The notes under the pieces: generated by a model
Database searches by the model: none
Told to the model about the DNA's origin: nothing
What the model saw: the letters and a program-made list of their open reading frames with translations, nothing else
Program-made: the position numbers and the translations under genes
Source of the DNA: Candidatus Paracaedimonas acanthamoebae
Lineage (GTDB): Bacteria > Pseudomonadota > Alphaproteobacteria > Caedimonadales > Caedimonadaceae
Reading direction: 5' to 3'
Length of the DNA stretch: 32,000 nucleotides
Assembly: GCA_000743035.1 (NCBI GenBank)
Contig: CP008937.1
Coordinates: forward strand, 90,001-122,000
Shown: piece after piece, positions 16,378 through 25,156 of the stretch
How positions within the stretch are numbered: the first letter of the stretch is position 1
How the letters are laid out: each line of letters opens with the position of its first letter

Positions 16378-16505
16378 TTCCAAAACACTAAAACGAAGGT
16401 ATTTTGGAACAAGATCATTTGGAATTAGTTTTGGTACAATTTTTAGCGCTTTTCGGGTAAAAATTCAAGTTCTTATCCTCCCATCCCAAAAACAAGTGTT
16501 TTTGG
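16378..16505. promoter_or_regulatory. Candidate res site (three resolvase subsites) and divergent tnpR/tnpA promoter region
   Basis: - Inverted repeat TTCCAAAA-N16-TTTTGGAA (16378-16409).
- ATTTGGAA-TTAG-TTTTGGTA (~16417-16436).
- Palindrome CCAAAAAC-AAGT-GTTTTTGG (16486-16505).
All share a TTTTGG(A/T)A-type half site and lie in the 162-bp tnpR-tnpA spacer. Confidence 0.5.
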
Positions 16506-16523
16506 CATAACGAAAGAGAACAA

Positions 16524-17702
16524 ATGACATCCATTGAACGGACAGCTTACCCTTATATTTCTGCGAGCAAATCAATTTCTCAAAAAATACTTGAGACTTG
16601 CTACACCCTGATAGAAGAAGAACTTGCTTATATTAACAAGTATATTCGAGGGAATAAATTAAGATTTTATTTTGCGATTCAGCTGAAAGCCTTTCAAAAT
16701 CTTGGTTACTTTGTGGGCATAAGCGACGTTCCTCAAGCTATTTTGAATCACCTTAAAAAACAGACGGGTGTTCCTCATAACCTCAAACCAGGTTACGAAC
16801 ACCAAAAAACATTATCAAGACACCGGATAAGCATAAGAAACTATTTAAAAGTAACACCATGGAGCAGACAAGGGAATAACTCTGGTCAACGTATTGCTTT
16901 ACAGGCTGCTTATAATGCCTCTCAAACGATGAATAATCCTGCTGATATTATTAACATTGTTATAGAGGACTTGATTGCAAAGCATTTTGAGCTCCCCGCT
17001 TATAATACTTTAGATAGGCTTGTCCAACATGCGCGTGCTACGGTGAATCGAGGAATTTTTCATAAGGTTACTCATATTCTTAAAAACAAGGATCTTCTTA
17101 AAATCTTAGATCAGTTTCTTATTACTAAAGATAATGAATCTTACTCTGACTACCAAAAACTTAAACAGTCCCCCAAGGCTCCAACAATTACCAACTTTAA
17201 GGAACTTATTAGACATCATTCATGGCTTATGAGCCTAGGAGATATGAAACCTTACTTACAAGAAATTACAAAGGTTAAGCTTAAACAATTTGCTGAAGAA
17301 GCAAGATCCCTTGATGTAAGCAACCTTAGGGACTTATCTGATGCTAAAAAGTATACTCTTATCGTTTGCCTCATTTATCAAGCGCAGCAGCTCACAAAAG
17401 ATGCTCTTGCAACATTATTTTGTAAAACACTTTCTTCTATCCATAAGCGCGCAAAAAGAGAGCTTGATGAGTTAAGAAGACAGTTTGCTGATAAAACTCA
17501 AGACCTTGCCTATCTTATGCTTGAGATGGTAGGAGACTTCAAAGATTATGCAAGCAAGCCAAAAATTTTTACCTCTCATTTTAAGGAAAAGCTAGAGGCT
17601 CAAGGTGGAGTGGAGCAGATAATGGATATCTGCCAAACTATCATTGCTTATAATAGTAAAAACGGTTGTGATACTGTGTTAGAGATCAAGGATTATTTTT
17701 AA
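16524..17702 (+). pseudogene. tnpA: Tn3-family transposase TnpA, N-terminal ~380 residues only (truncated by the IS110 element)
   Basis: The N-terminus (YTLIEEELAYINKYIRGNKLRFYFAIQLKAFQNLGYF...DVPQAILNHLKKQ) fits the DUF4158-type start of Tn3 transposases, which are about 1000 aa. From ~17669 the sequence is the IS110 terminus, also seen at 3700, so the last ~11 codons and the stop are IS-derived. Confidence 0.8.
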
Positions 17703-18469
17703 GGATTTGAGGGTTAAAAGCTGTTTTATATTTGAGGACACCAAAGCATATATGAAGAAGCTTTCTCATAATAGCGCCTATAATCACCATAGTATGTTTG
17801 CCTTTTTTCTCTAATTTTTTTACAAAAGGTTGAAGAAGAGGATTGTAATTTTTAGCTGCAATGGCTGGAAAGTAAAGAGCTTTCCTTAAAGAAGGAGAAC
17901 CTATTTTGGAAAGACAAGACCTACCTTTAAGAGAAGTTCCTGAGGTCCTATGGGACGGTGTAAGCCCCGCATAAGCAGCCAATTGCCTAGCATTTTCTAA
18001 GGAAGAAAAATCTGGCATTTCTGCAAGAATAGCTATGGCTGTTATTTTGCCAATGCCTGGAATACTTTGAAGATTCTTGCAATCTTGGATTAAACTCTCT
18101 TTTGAAGATATTAATTGGCCCATAGCAACATTGATGGTGTCAATCTGCTTTTCTATATGCTTGATGAGGTTTTGATAAACTTTCTACACTTTTTGGGAGG
18201 CAGTCTTTGGTTTCTAAAAAGTTTCCAACTTGAGTCTGTTGTTCCTTCAAGTTTTGCAAGCATCGATAAAGAGCTCTGAGTTCTTTTAAAGCAGGCTCTT
18301 TAGGCTTATAGGCTCTTAACTCATTCTTGCTCACATACTCTGCAATCAAGTGAGGTAGAGTAGAGCGCTGGCGCGGTAAAGTGCAGGATTGATCTTGTCT
18401 GTATCCGCTGTTTCCAGCTCCGTGCCCGTGTAGACCTTTCCATCTTCCCGTTTCCAGCACCCCCTCGTC

Positions 18470-18502
18470 GCACCGTACGTGAGGTTTTCCCTCATACGGC
18501 GC
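18470..18502 (-). ncRNA. Group II intron domain V (catalytic hairpin)
   Basis: The minus strand reads GCGCCGUAUGAGG-GAAA-ACCUCACGUACGGUGC. It is nearly superimposable on the domain V consensus GAGCCGUAUG...GAAA...CACGUACGGUUC, with CGC in place of the AGC triad as in several bacterial classes. It lies 23 nt after the IEP stop. Confidence 0.85.
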
Positions 18503-18525
18503 ACGGATCGTTTTCTTCGTCTGAA

Positions 18526-19827
18526 TTACGCCCATCTGTATTGCACCCGAGATACGCCTACATTAACCAACTTGTGGATCTTATAGAGTCTCTCGTCGGG
18601 TAGTTCCTTGTACCCGTTCTTTCTACTTCCTTTCTTCTTCATGATAAATCTTCTGAGGCATCTATTTGCATGCTGTTGGACTTTCCTAAATCTCCTTGCG
18701 CTAGCGGTATGGCGATAATATTCTGTCCACCCGAGTAAGGATGCTTTCAGATCTTTAACGATAATTTCAACAGGTTCATGTAATCGACTTCGATAGGTCA
18801 GCTGAGTAACTTTCCTTATGATCCTCTTTATCGCATCAGGGGTAGGATACATGTGAGTGACGAGTTTCTGATATCTTGGAGAGTATCCTCTTTTAAAGGC
18901 ATATCCCAAGAAGTTAAACCCTGACTCCGCTGTCGTTATCCGACTCTTTTCTGCATTGATCGTAAGATCCAAGCGCTGCAAGTATTCTTGCAGTTTCTCT
19001 AGCACCTTTTCAACTGACTTATCCGAGAGAACGACTAGATCGTCCGCATAGCGGACGATCTGTGCATTCCAGCCATTCCTTTTGGTCATCCTCTTTGTCC
19101 ATACTTTATCTAATAAGTTGAGATATATATTAGAGAGTAAGGGTGAAAGCGGAGAACCTTGAGGAGCTCCTTGTTCCCGGATAATAACTCCATCGCTCTT
19201 AAGGACTCCTGAACGAAGCCAGGCTTTGATCAACTTTAGAACAAAGTTATCACTGATTCGCTTCTGAATAACCTTCATTAGCTTATCGTGAGGGATTGAG
19301 TCAAAATAATGCTTTAAATCAATATCCAAGATCTGGGTTAGCCCATAATTAAGCCATTTATATATCTCCAGACTTGCATGAACTGCTGACCTTTTAGGCC
19401 GGAACCCAAAGGAGCATTCTTGAAAGTCTGCTTCAAAGATAGGCTCAATAATAAGACGGGTTGCAGTTTGTACTAAGCGGTCCTTTATCGTGGGTACACC
19501 CAAAATTCTAATACCACCTTTGGGTTTGGGTATTTCTACTCGCTTAGTCTTCTTACTGCGATAAGTTCCTTCTTTCAGTTCTTTCTGAACTTGCCGAAGA
19601 AACTCTTCTTCCCCTTGTTCTTTTATTTGCTCTATTGTCGTTCCATCAATACCTGGTGCCCCTTGATTTGCACAAACTTGCTTCCATGCACATACAAGAA
19701 CGTCCCATCTGTAGATTTTGTCATGAAGGGTGTAGAAGCTGCATTTAGGATTAGACTTGGCAGATCGATAAAGTTTCCTCTGCAGTTCTCGAACAATTTG
19801 CACCATGTTACTACCTTTCGGAATCAT
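18526..19827 (-). CDS. Group II intron-encoded reverse transcriptase/maturase
   Basis: 433-aa ORF. RT blocks GAPGIDG, RVEIPKPKGGIRILGVPTIKDRLVQ, FGFRPKRSAVHA, DIDLKHYFDSIPHD, GAPQGSPLSPLLSNIYL, IVRYADDLVVL (YADD), FLGYAF, then the X/maturase region LLGWTEYYRH. No HNH/En motif at the C-terminus. Confidence 0.92.
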   Translation of the reverse strand: MIPKGSNMVQIVRELQRKLYRSAKSNPKCSFYTLHDKIYRWDVLVCAWKQVCANQGAPGIDGTTIEQIKEQGEEEFLRQVQKELKEGTYRSKKTKRVEIPKPKGGIRILGVPTIKDRLVQTATRLIIEPIFEADFQECSFGFRPKRSAVHASLEIYKWLNYGLTQILDIDLKHYFDSIPHDKLMKVIQKRISDNFVLKLIKAWLRSGVLKSDGVIIREQGAPQGSPLSPLLSNIYLNLLDKVWTKRMTKRNGWNAQIVRYADDLVVLSDKSVEKVLEKLQEYLQRLDLTINAEKSRITTAESGFNFLGYAFKRGYSPRYQKLVTHMYPTPDAIKRIIRKVTQLTYRSRLHEPVEIIVKDLKASLLGWTEYYRHTASARRFRKVQQHANRCLRRFIMKKKGSRKNGYKELPDERLYKIHKLVNVGVSRVQYRWA

Positions 19828-20688
19828 GGCATTCTTCCCTGCTTTGTAAACATAACGAAACTGAAGATCCTTCGCTCCGGCAAGGTTTTGTTGTCCTTCC
19901 CATCATCACTACTACTATCTTCACGACTTCCTGCATAGCATTGGAAAGAACTTCAGCTTTTGCCTTATATCTTTTCTTACTTTTGGAACTTAAAGACCAT
20001 GCAGGATCTCCCACGTTTCTCCTCCTTTCTTTCCTACGTGCCGTCCCTGCTACGCCGGGAGATGAATGACGGTTATTCACCTGTTTTTTTTCCCGTCATT
20101 CTACAGCTTTCACCCGCTAGACGAGAGGCTCAGCATCTCCATTTCCCAGATTGCTCTGGTACGACCTTCACGGCGCTACATGTAGGTTCCCTTTCGTACG
20201 GCCCGCAGTTTGCGTAGCTCCTTACAGAGCTGTTGTCGAGTGGCTTCACCTGCAAGAATTACTCCCTACAGGTGCACTCCTCGCTACCTGGCCAAACAGG
20301 CCAATTGCCAGGGTGGGACTTTCACCCACTAGAAAGGCGGCCTTCGTGGCGCGCCATCATTACAGTCATTCTTATTTGTTTTGACGTAAGGTTTTACAAA
20401 TTGAGGACTTATTAGCTTCACAAGGTAGCCCATAGCTGTAAACTTCCTTGCCCAATAGTTTGATCCCCCACAAGCTTCCATTGCAATGAGACAAACGGGT
20501 AACTGTTGAACAGTACGTAAAAGTGTCGATCTGCTAATTCTCTTGCTGAAAACCATCTTGCCATGTGCATTAGCTCCATGGAGCTGAAAGACATTTTTTG
20601 CAATATCAATTCCAAGTACAGTAATAGTCATAATGAACTCCTAAGGTTTATATCTCTTACTCAGGCTTTTGAAGCATAACCTTTTTAC

Positions 20689-20998
20689 TCAGGTTAAGTT
20701 AGTCCGAGGAGTCCATTCCATTACACCAGGCCAATTTGCTATGAGAACATTGTATTTTATAGCTTTTTCCATTTCATCAGGATCATTACTAGCAACAATG
20801 ACCTTAGAACCAAACAATATCCAATCGCTGAGCGCATTATAGGCTTCGACTTTATTGGTGCTTGCAGTGATAACTTCGCGTAATTTACTGTTAGAAATGT
20901 ATTCCAATAAAAATTGAGTCTAATAACTTTTCCAAGCTCTTGGAAAGCCTGATAAAGGCGATTTTTACGGCTATAATTGGTTAATTTTCGGAGAAGTA
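20689..20998 (-). pseudogene. Tn3-family TnpA internal/C-proximal fragment, inverted relative to the 16524 fragment
   Basis: The minus-strand frame reads LLRKLTNYSRKNRLYQAFQELGKVIRLNFLLEYISNSKLREVITASTNKVEAYNALSDWILFGSKVIVASNDPDEMEKAIKYNVLIAN. This matches the conserved Tn3 transposase block ...SY.R.N.LY.A..ELGR...T.FLL.YI.D..LR..I....NK.EAY.AL...I.FG..G......E.Q....KYN.L.AN. Confidence 0.75.
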
Positions 20999-21105
20999 AA
21001 GATGAAGGATAACTAAAAAAGCATCCATCGTAAGCTGCTCCTCATCTTCTTAATTCCCTTTCCCTAAAATCTTCTTGCTATAGGATAGCTCGAATTACCT
21101 TATTA
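20999..21105 (-). pseudogene. Ghost 5' end (upstream region + first ~15 codons) of a third TIR-like/NB-ARC paralog
   Basis: The reverse complement of 20999-21060 reads GGGAATTAAGAAGATGAGGAGCAGCTTACGATGGATGCTTTTTTAGTTATCCTTCATCTT. This is almost identical to 25146-25205, the start of ORF 25157. It has TGG->TAG at codon 11 (21013-21015), and homology ends abruptly at 20999. Weaker similarity extends to ~21105, matching ~25100-25145. Confidence 0.75.
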
Positions 21106-21165
21106 ATCTATGCCTTTGATTTAATTCCGTACAGGGCTAACCCTCTTTCTTAAAAGCGTCTCTGC

Positions 21166-23538
21166 TTACTCAAGCCCAAGCATTTCTCTTGTGATGCGCT
21201 CGTATTCTTCCGCTTCTTTTTGACGTTTTTCTTGCATTTTTCGTCCATAGTCTTTAGCAAGTTTAGACTTAAATATATCCCTTACCTTAATAAAATCCTC
21301 TCTCGTTTTAGAGATCATGCTGCCTTGTATGCTTAAGGCATAAACATGCTTGAGTGTGTCAAAAAATTCTAAGAAATAATTTGTTCCCAAAAATTGTTCT
21401 TGTAAGCTGTCTAATACAGCAGGGAAGTTTTCTTCTCTTTTCCCTTGAAACCAGAGAGGGGTAATCCCTTCAACTCCTTGCTTAAGTCTACGGATTAAAG
21501 CATTCTCAATTTGATGAGAGCTAATGCCTCTTCCTCCCTCTTCTCGTTCATATTTTTCTTTAAGACCGGGAGAACCGATAACTAGGACTTTATCAGCTTT
21601 AAAAATAAGGTCAGCATACTGGAAGATGGTTCTACTGTCCCCAGGCCTGTTGGCCCATTGATCAAAATAAATATTAGCTTTAGGAACGCCTGAGCGTTCT
21701 AAATCCTCGCAAAAGTTTAAAACGTCTTTTTGAAGAAATTTATTTTCATTATCATAGCAAATAAAAAGCGTAAAATTTTTAAACTTCTCTTTTAAGCCTT
21801 GAGAGGCTTGAAGCTTTTCCAAGTGTTTGCGGAACAGCTGCTTTTGGCCTTCTTCTAACACTTCTTCTTCTGTTAAAGGAGGTGAGGAACTATGCGCACT
21901 TGCTGGTATGTTGTAGCCTAGTTTTTCTGCTTGCTGGTAAAGCTTAAGGGCGCGCGCTTTATCTTGCTGGACGAAATCACCTTGATCATAAAGAAGAGCT
22001 AAATGATAGGCTGCTTCTCCATCTCCTTTTCTTGCAGCTTTATTGAGTAGCTTAAGCGCTAAAAGTATATCCTTATTAATGCTACTCCCTTGAAGATAAT
22101 GTAACCCTAAACGTCTACAAGCCTCAGCACTTTTCTTATAAGCTGCTTGATGATAAAGGCTGATTGCTTTAGTAAGGTTCTTGTTAACCACTTTTCCTTC
22201 TTCATAATAGATACCTAAGCGCATTAAAGCTTGCTTATGGCCTTTTTGAGCAGCTTGTTGAAAGTATGAAAAGGCTTTGGCTGTATCTTGGATTAGCTCA
22301 TCCCCAGTTGCACAAAGATGCCCTAATTGATAAAGGGCGTCTGCCTCTCCTTGAGAAGCTCTATCTACCCAACTTTGGTATTTTTGTGGAATAGAGGACG
22401 AAAAATCTAAAGAAAGCTCATTGAGAATGGTAGGAGGTTGGGAAGGAAAGGCAGCATCTGCAAGCTGATAAGTCCCAAGCCATCCAAGAATCAGTTTTAA
22501 ATGAGAAGTTGAAAGCCTTACCCCTCTGTTGCCATCCCCTTTTTTCTCTTGTTCATTGGTATGAATACCAACAGTATGAGGACCTATATACCCAGGCCAC
22601 TCACCATGTACAGCACTCCCACTCTGGCCGGTGAACGTATCTATATCATAAAAAAGTTGAGTTGTGCTTAAGCGTTTAAGAGGATCCTTCATGCTCCACA
22701 TTTCAGTAGCAACATAATTGCCTTTGCCTTTATCACCAGGATATCCTGTTACGGCAACTTGCCAATTTTCTAATAAATTATTTGATAAGCTTAACAAACC
22801 TGACCATCCTGTATAAAGGCCTATGGGGCTATCTAGAATAACCATTCCAAGATCATATTCTTTCTTTTTTTGTGCTCCTTTAGCAGTCCATTCAGAAGGG
22901 CATAACAAGATACATCCTTTGCTGTCTCCAAAAGGATACTGTTCTTTGTGCCGTCCTGGTGCAAAGATAACCCTTTGGGACCATTCTCCTTTCGTTCGGT
23001 TATATAGATTATGAGCCGCTGTTAATACATGATGAGGCCCCACTAAAACCCCTGAGCCTGTGCAAAGTTCATCTTTAAATTTCATAATTAAATGGCCATG
23101 GATACTATTTGGCCATTTCCGTGGATTTTTTACAGGATCACGCCCATCAATTCCGGCTGTTTGTAAGATTAGCTTTTGTTGTGAAGAGTCTGCCCTTTCC
23201 TGAAAAAGGGTAGATTTGTCTTGGACAATTTTACAATTAGAGCCTTCAACAATGACGGCTTGAATAGGGATTTCTCCACTATGGCACTGCAAAGAAATGC
23301 TTTCTTGTTGCTGAACCGGTGAATGGCAAGGAACATGGTATGCTTGAGTAAGAAAATCAAACTCATGAGGCACAGTTCCAGGCTGATAGCTAATCCTTTC
23401 TAGTCCTGGATCAATCTCACGAAGATCTCGCGAAGCGGTCGCATGGAGATCTCCTGCCCTTATTCCGATCACACAAGTCCATAAAACCGAATAAATATAT
23501 ATCTTATCCTTTATTATGCTTGTTAGTTTAAAAGGCAT
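21166..23538 (-). CDS. Exported S1 (V8/Glu-endopeptidase-like) serine protease + SEL1 repeats + C-terminal SEFIR/TIR-like module
   Basis: 790-aa ORF with AAGGGAGA upstream.
- Protease triad context: GSGVLVGPHHVLTAAHNL (His), EYDLGMVILD (Asp), TFTGQSGSAV (Ser), GYPGDKG.
- About 4-5 SEL1 units (A.Y.LG..Y..G......D...A...Y..AA..G...A...LG).
- C-terminal module FTLFICYDNEN...YFDQWANRPG...ADKVLVIGSPGLKEKYE...HQIENA (21337-21774). Confidence 0.88.
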   Translation of the reverse strand: MPFKLTSIIKDKIYIYSVLWTCVIGIRAGDLHATASRDLREIDPGLERISYQPGTVPHEFDFLTQAYHVPCHSPVQQQESISLQCHSGEIPIQAVIVEGSNCKIVQDKSTLFQERADSSQQKLILQTAGIDGRDPVKNPRKWPNSIHGHLIMKFKDELCTGSGVLVGPHHVLTAAHNLYNRTKGEWSQRVIFAPGRHKEQYPFGDSKGCILLCPSEWTAKGAQKKKEYDLGMVILDSPIGLYTGWSGLLSLSNNLLENWQVAVTGYPGDKGKGNYVATEMWSMKDPLKRLSTTQLFYDIDTFTGQSGSAVHGEWPGYIGPHTVGIHTNEQEKKGDGNRGVRLSTSHLKLILGWLGTYQLADAAFPSQPPTILNELSLDFSSSIPQKYQSWVDRASQGEADALYQLGHLCATGDELIQDTAKAFSYFQQAAQKGHKQALMRLGIYYEEGKVVNKNLTKAISLYHQAAYKKSAEACRRLGLHYLQGSSINKDILLALKLLNKAARKGDGEAAYHLALLYDQGDFVQQDKARALKLYQQAEKLGYNIPASAHSSSPPLTEEEVLEEGQKQLFRKHLEKLQASQGLKEKFKNFTLFICYDNENKFLQKDVLNFCEDLERSGVPKANIYFDQWANRPGDSRTIFQYADLIFKADKVLVIGSPGLKEKYEREEGGRGISSHQIENALIRRLKQGVEGITPLWFQGKREENFPAVLDSLQEQFLGTNYFLEFFDTLKHVYALSIQGSMISKTREDFIKVRDIFKSKLAKDYGRKMQEKRQKEAEEYERITREMLGLE

Positions 23539-23572
23539 AGAGATCTCCCTTAAAGTTAACTGTTATTAAATG

Positions 23573-24838
23573 CTATTCTTCCATATCTTCTCGCTCTAGC
23601 TTTTTACGGATGACTTCTGAAGATTGTCCTACAAATTCGTTAAGAGTAGAGAGGTATTCTTCTTGTTCTCCTAATTCTCTTAAAGTAGAAATGGTTCTCT
23701 TTCGAGTATCTGCAAGATCAATAAGGCTTGGCAACCGTGGATTAATGCGGTGATAGTTTTCGCCTAACAATTGATCCATAAACATATGGTTACCTCGGCT
23801 ATGACTATTCATAAGAGCTTCAATAATAGCTCCAGCATGTAATTTCCCAGCACTGACAGGCATAGCTTTCCCTACAGTCTCACCTGTTCCTAATGACAGC
23901 ATATGGATCTTACCAGGGTTAAATACGCGGTCTTGATATTCACGGACAATACTAGCTGCAACAAGGGTTGAAGGATTATTCATCCAAATCCCCCCATCCA
24001 CTAAAGCAGGGTGATTATCTTGACCTTCAAGGGTTGGCTTATAAGAAGAAAAATAAGTTGGAGCGGCTGAGGTGCAACGAGCAACTTCCCATAGTTTGTA
24101 ATTTTTATCTTCTTCTTGCTTAAAAATCCAAGGATGACCATTATCCGTACAAGCCGTAACTAAAACTTTTGTTTTTACTTGAGGAAGAGTTGCTTCTTCA
24201 CCAAAATTTTCCTTTAAAAGATTTTCTAAGTTACTGCCTCCATATTGGTGCTTTACCAACCCAAAGAAATCAATAAATTGGACAAGCCTGCGGCCTTTCC
24301 TTGAGAACACTTCTTTACGTTTATCTTCTAAAAGGTTAACTAAGTCATGAGGGGATAAATCTGCGGCAACCCCTAAAGCTAATATGCCTCCAATAGATGT
24401 TCCCCCTATGTAATCAAATACTTTAGAAAGAGGCACTTCTGGGAATTCATCTTGTACGTCTCGCTCAAGTGCTTCAAGCCAGAGAGCAGGCATAAGCCCA
24501 CGGATCCCTCCTCCATCAATAGAAAGGCCAATCCGCGGCTTAATCTTTCTATGCTTCTCCTCACCTTTAACAGAAAAATCTAAGCTCTCCTCTTTAATAA
24601 AAGCTCTTGTCTCTGTTTCAGAAGGAACTCCCAAGCTGACAGGTTCAGGGACCTCATCTTCTGAGATAAAGTCCATAAAATCTTCTTCACTATCGACTCT
24701 ATGCAACGAAGAGCCAGAAGATTCAGGAGTTAGAGGAGAAATTTCTCCTTCTCTAGATAAAATAGGGCTTGCAAGAGCAACCATAGAATTTGTTGAAAAA
24801 ACAGACAATGTTAAAAGAAAAAACAGCTTATGCTTCAT
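23573..24838 (-). CDS. Exported patatin-like phospholipase with intact catalytic motifs
   Basis: SIDGGGIRG (oxyanion), IGGTSIGG (GxSxG), AAPTYF, LVDGGIWMNNP (Asp box). Start chosen at MKHKLFFLLTLSVFSTNSMVALA|SP (ATG 24838, GGAGG ~13 nt upstream); the ORF track extends to 24979. Stop lies 34 nt upstream of the next gene on the same strand, so probable co-transcription. Confidence 0.88.
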   Translation of the reverse strand: MKHKLFFLLTLSVFSTNSMVALASPILSREGEISPLTPESSGSSLHRVDSEEDFMDFISEDEVPEPVSLGVPSETETRAFIKEESLDFSVKGEEKHRKIKPRIGLSIDGGGIRGLMPALWLEALERDVQDEFPEVPLSKVFDYIGGTSIGGILALGVAADLSPHDLVNLLEDKRKEVFSRKGRRLVQFIDFFGLVKHQYGGSNLENLLKENFGEEATLPQVKTKVLVTACTDNGHPWIFKQEEDKNYKLWEVARCTSAAPTYFSSYKPTLEGQDNHPALVDGGIWMNNPSTLVAASIVREYQDRVFNPGKIHMLSLGTGETVGKAMPVSAGKLHAGAIIEALMNSHSRGNHMFMDQLLGENYHRINPRLPSLIDLADTRKRTISTLRELGEQEEYLSTLNEFVGQSSEVIRKKLEREDMEE

Positions 24839-25156
24839 TTTTATGGGAACCCCTCCGTTTAAGGTCATTGAATCATGGTTTTCTATCTTCATCTTATAAT
24901 AAAAATATATGCAACGGTAATTATGATAAAAAAGCTCGCCACATAAGCAACAGTTTATGTCAAATATTAGAAAAGACAATATTTATTTAAGTTAATTGCT
25001 AGGGAAGAGAAAGGGATGGTTTATCTTTCTTTGAGAAAGCTTATACATTCACAAACAAAATTTGCAAGCTGATCAAGCTACTATTGAAAAATGGTAGGTT
25101 ATTTGTTCAACTCAAGCTAACTTATAACGATATTTGAGGGGAAGGGAATTAAGAAG

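Larger units (their letters stand above)
18365..20354 (-). mobile_element. Group II intron (about 2 kb, bacterial type, IEP without endonuclease domain)
   Basis: - RT/maturase ORF in the expected domain IV position.
- About 525 nt of G+C-rich sequence upstream of the ORF (domains I-III).
- Domain V hairpin just downstream of the ORF.
- The flanks join into one IS110 transposase reading frame.
Boundaries were inferred from that join and are uncertain by tens of nt. The proposed 5' end GCGCG is not the canonical GUGCG; the 3' end is ...UAC. Confidence 0.75.
17686..20631 (-). pseudogene. IS110-family transposase gene split by a group II intron and carrying a frameshift
   Basis: - Exon 1 (20631 to ~20355): MTITVLGIDIAKNVFQLHG...LIAMEACGGSNYWARKF...PQFVKPYVKTNKNDCND (DEDD N-domain).
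- Exon 2 (from ~18364): HLIAEYVSKNELRAYKPKEPALKELRALYRCLQNLKEQQTQVGNFLE.
- Frameshift near 18180-18186.
- Then ...IEKQIDTINVAMGQLI...LQSIPGIGKITAIAILAEMPDF...AYAGLTPSHRTSGTS (C-domain, ORF 17686-18123). Confidence 0.8.
17669..20735 (-). mobile_element. IS110-family insertion sequence carrying a group II intron
   Basis: Right boundary (3' end of the element) comes from the shared terminus with 3700-3806. Left boundary (~20632-20735) is approximate: it lies upstream of the transposase ATG at 20631, where the flanking Tn3 tnpA fragment stops making sense after ...KYNVLIAN. Confidence 0.6.

Noticed and set aside
18140-20615. ORFs 18140-18535, 19591-19938, 19811-20080, 19960-20217, 20151-20384, 20233-20415 and 20418-20615 as protein-coding genes.
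   Set aside because: They fall in the structured RNA part of the group II intron (domains I-III and V-VI) or are composites of intron and IS110 exon sequence. For example, 18140-18535 starts in domain V/VI and only its C-terminal half is IS110 transposase. The open frames are explained by G+C-rich RNA.
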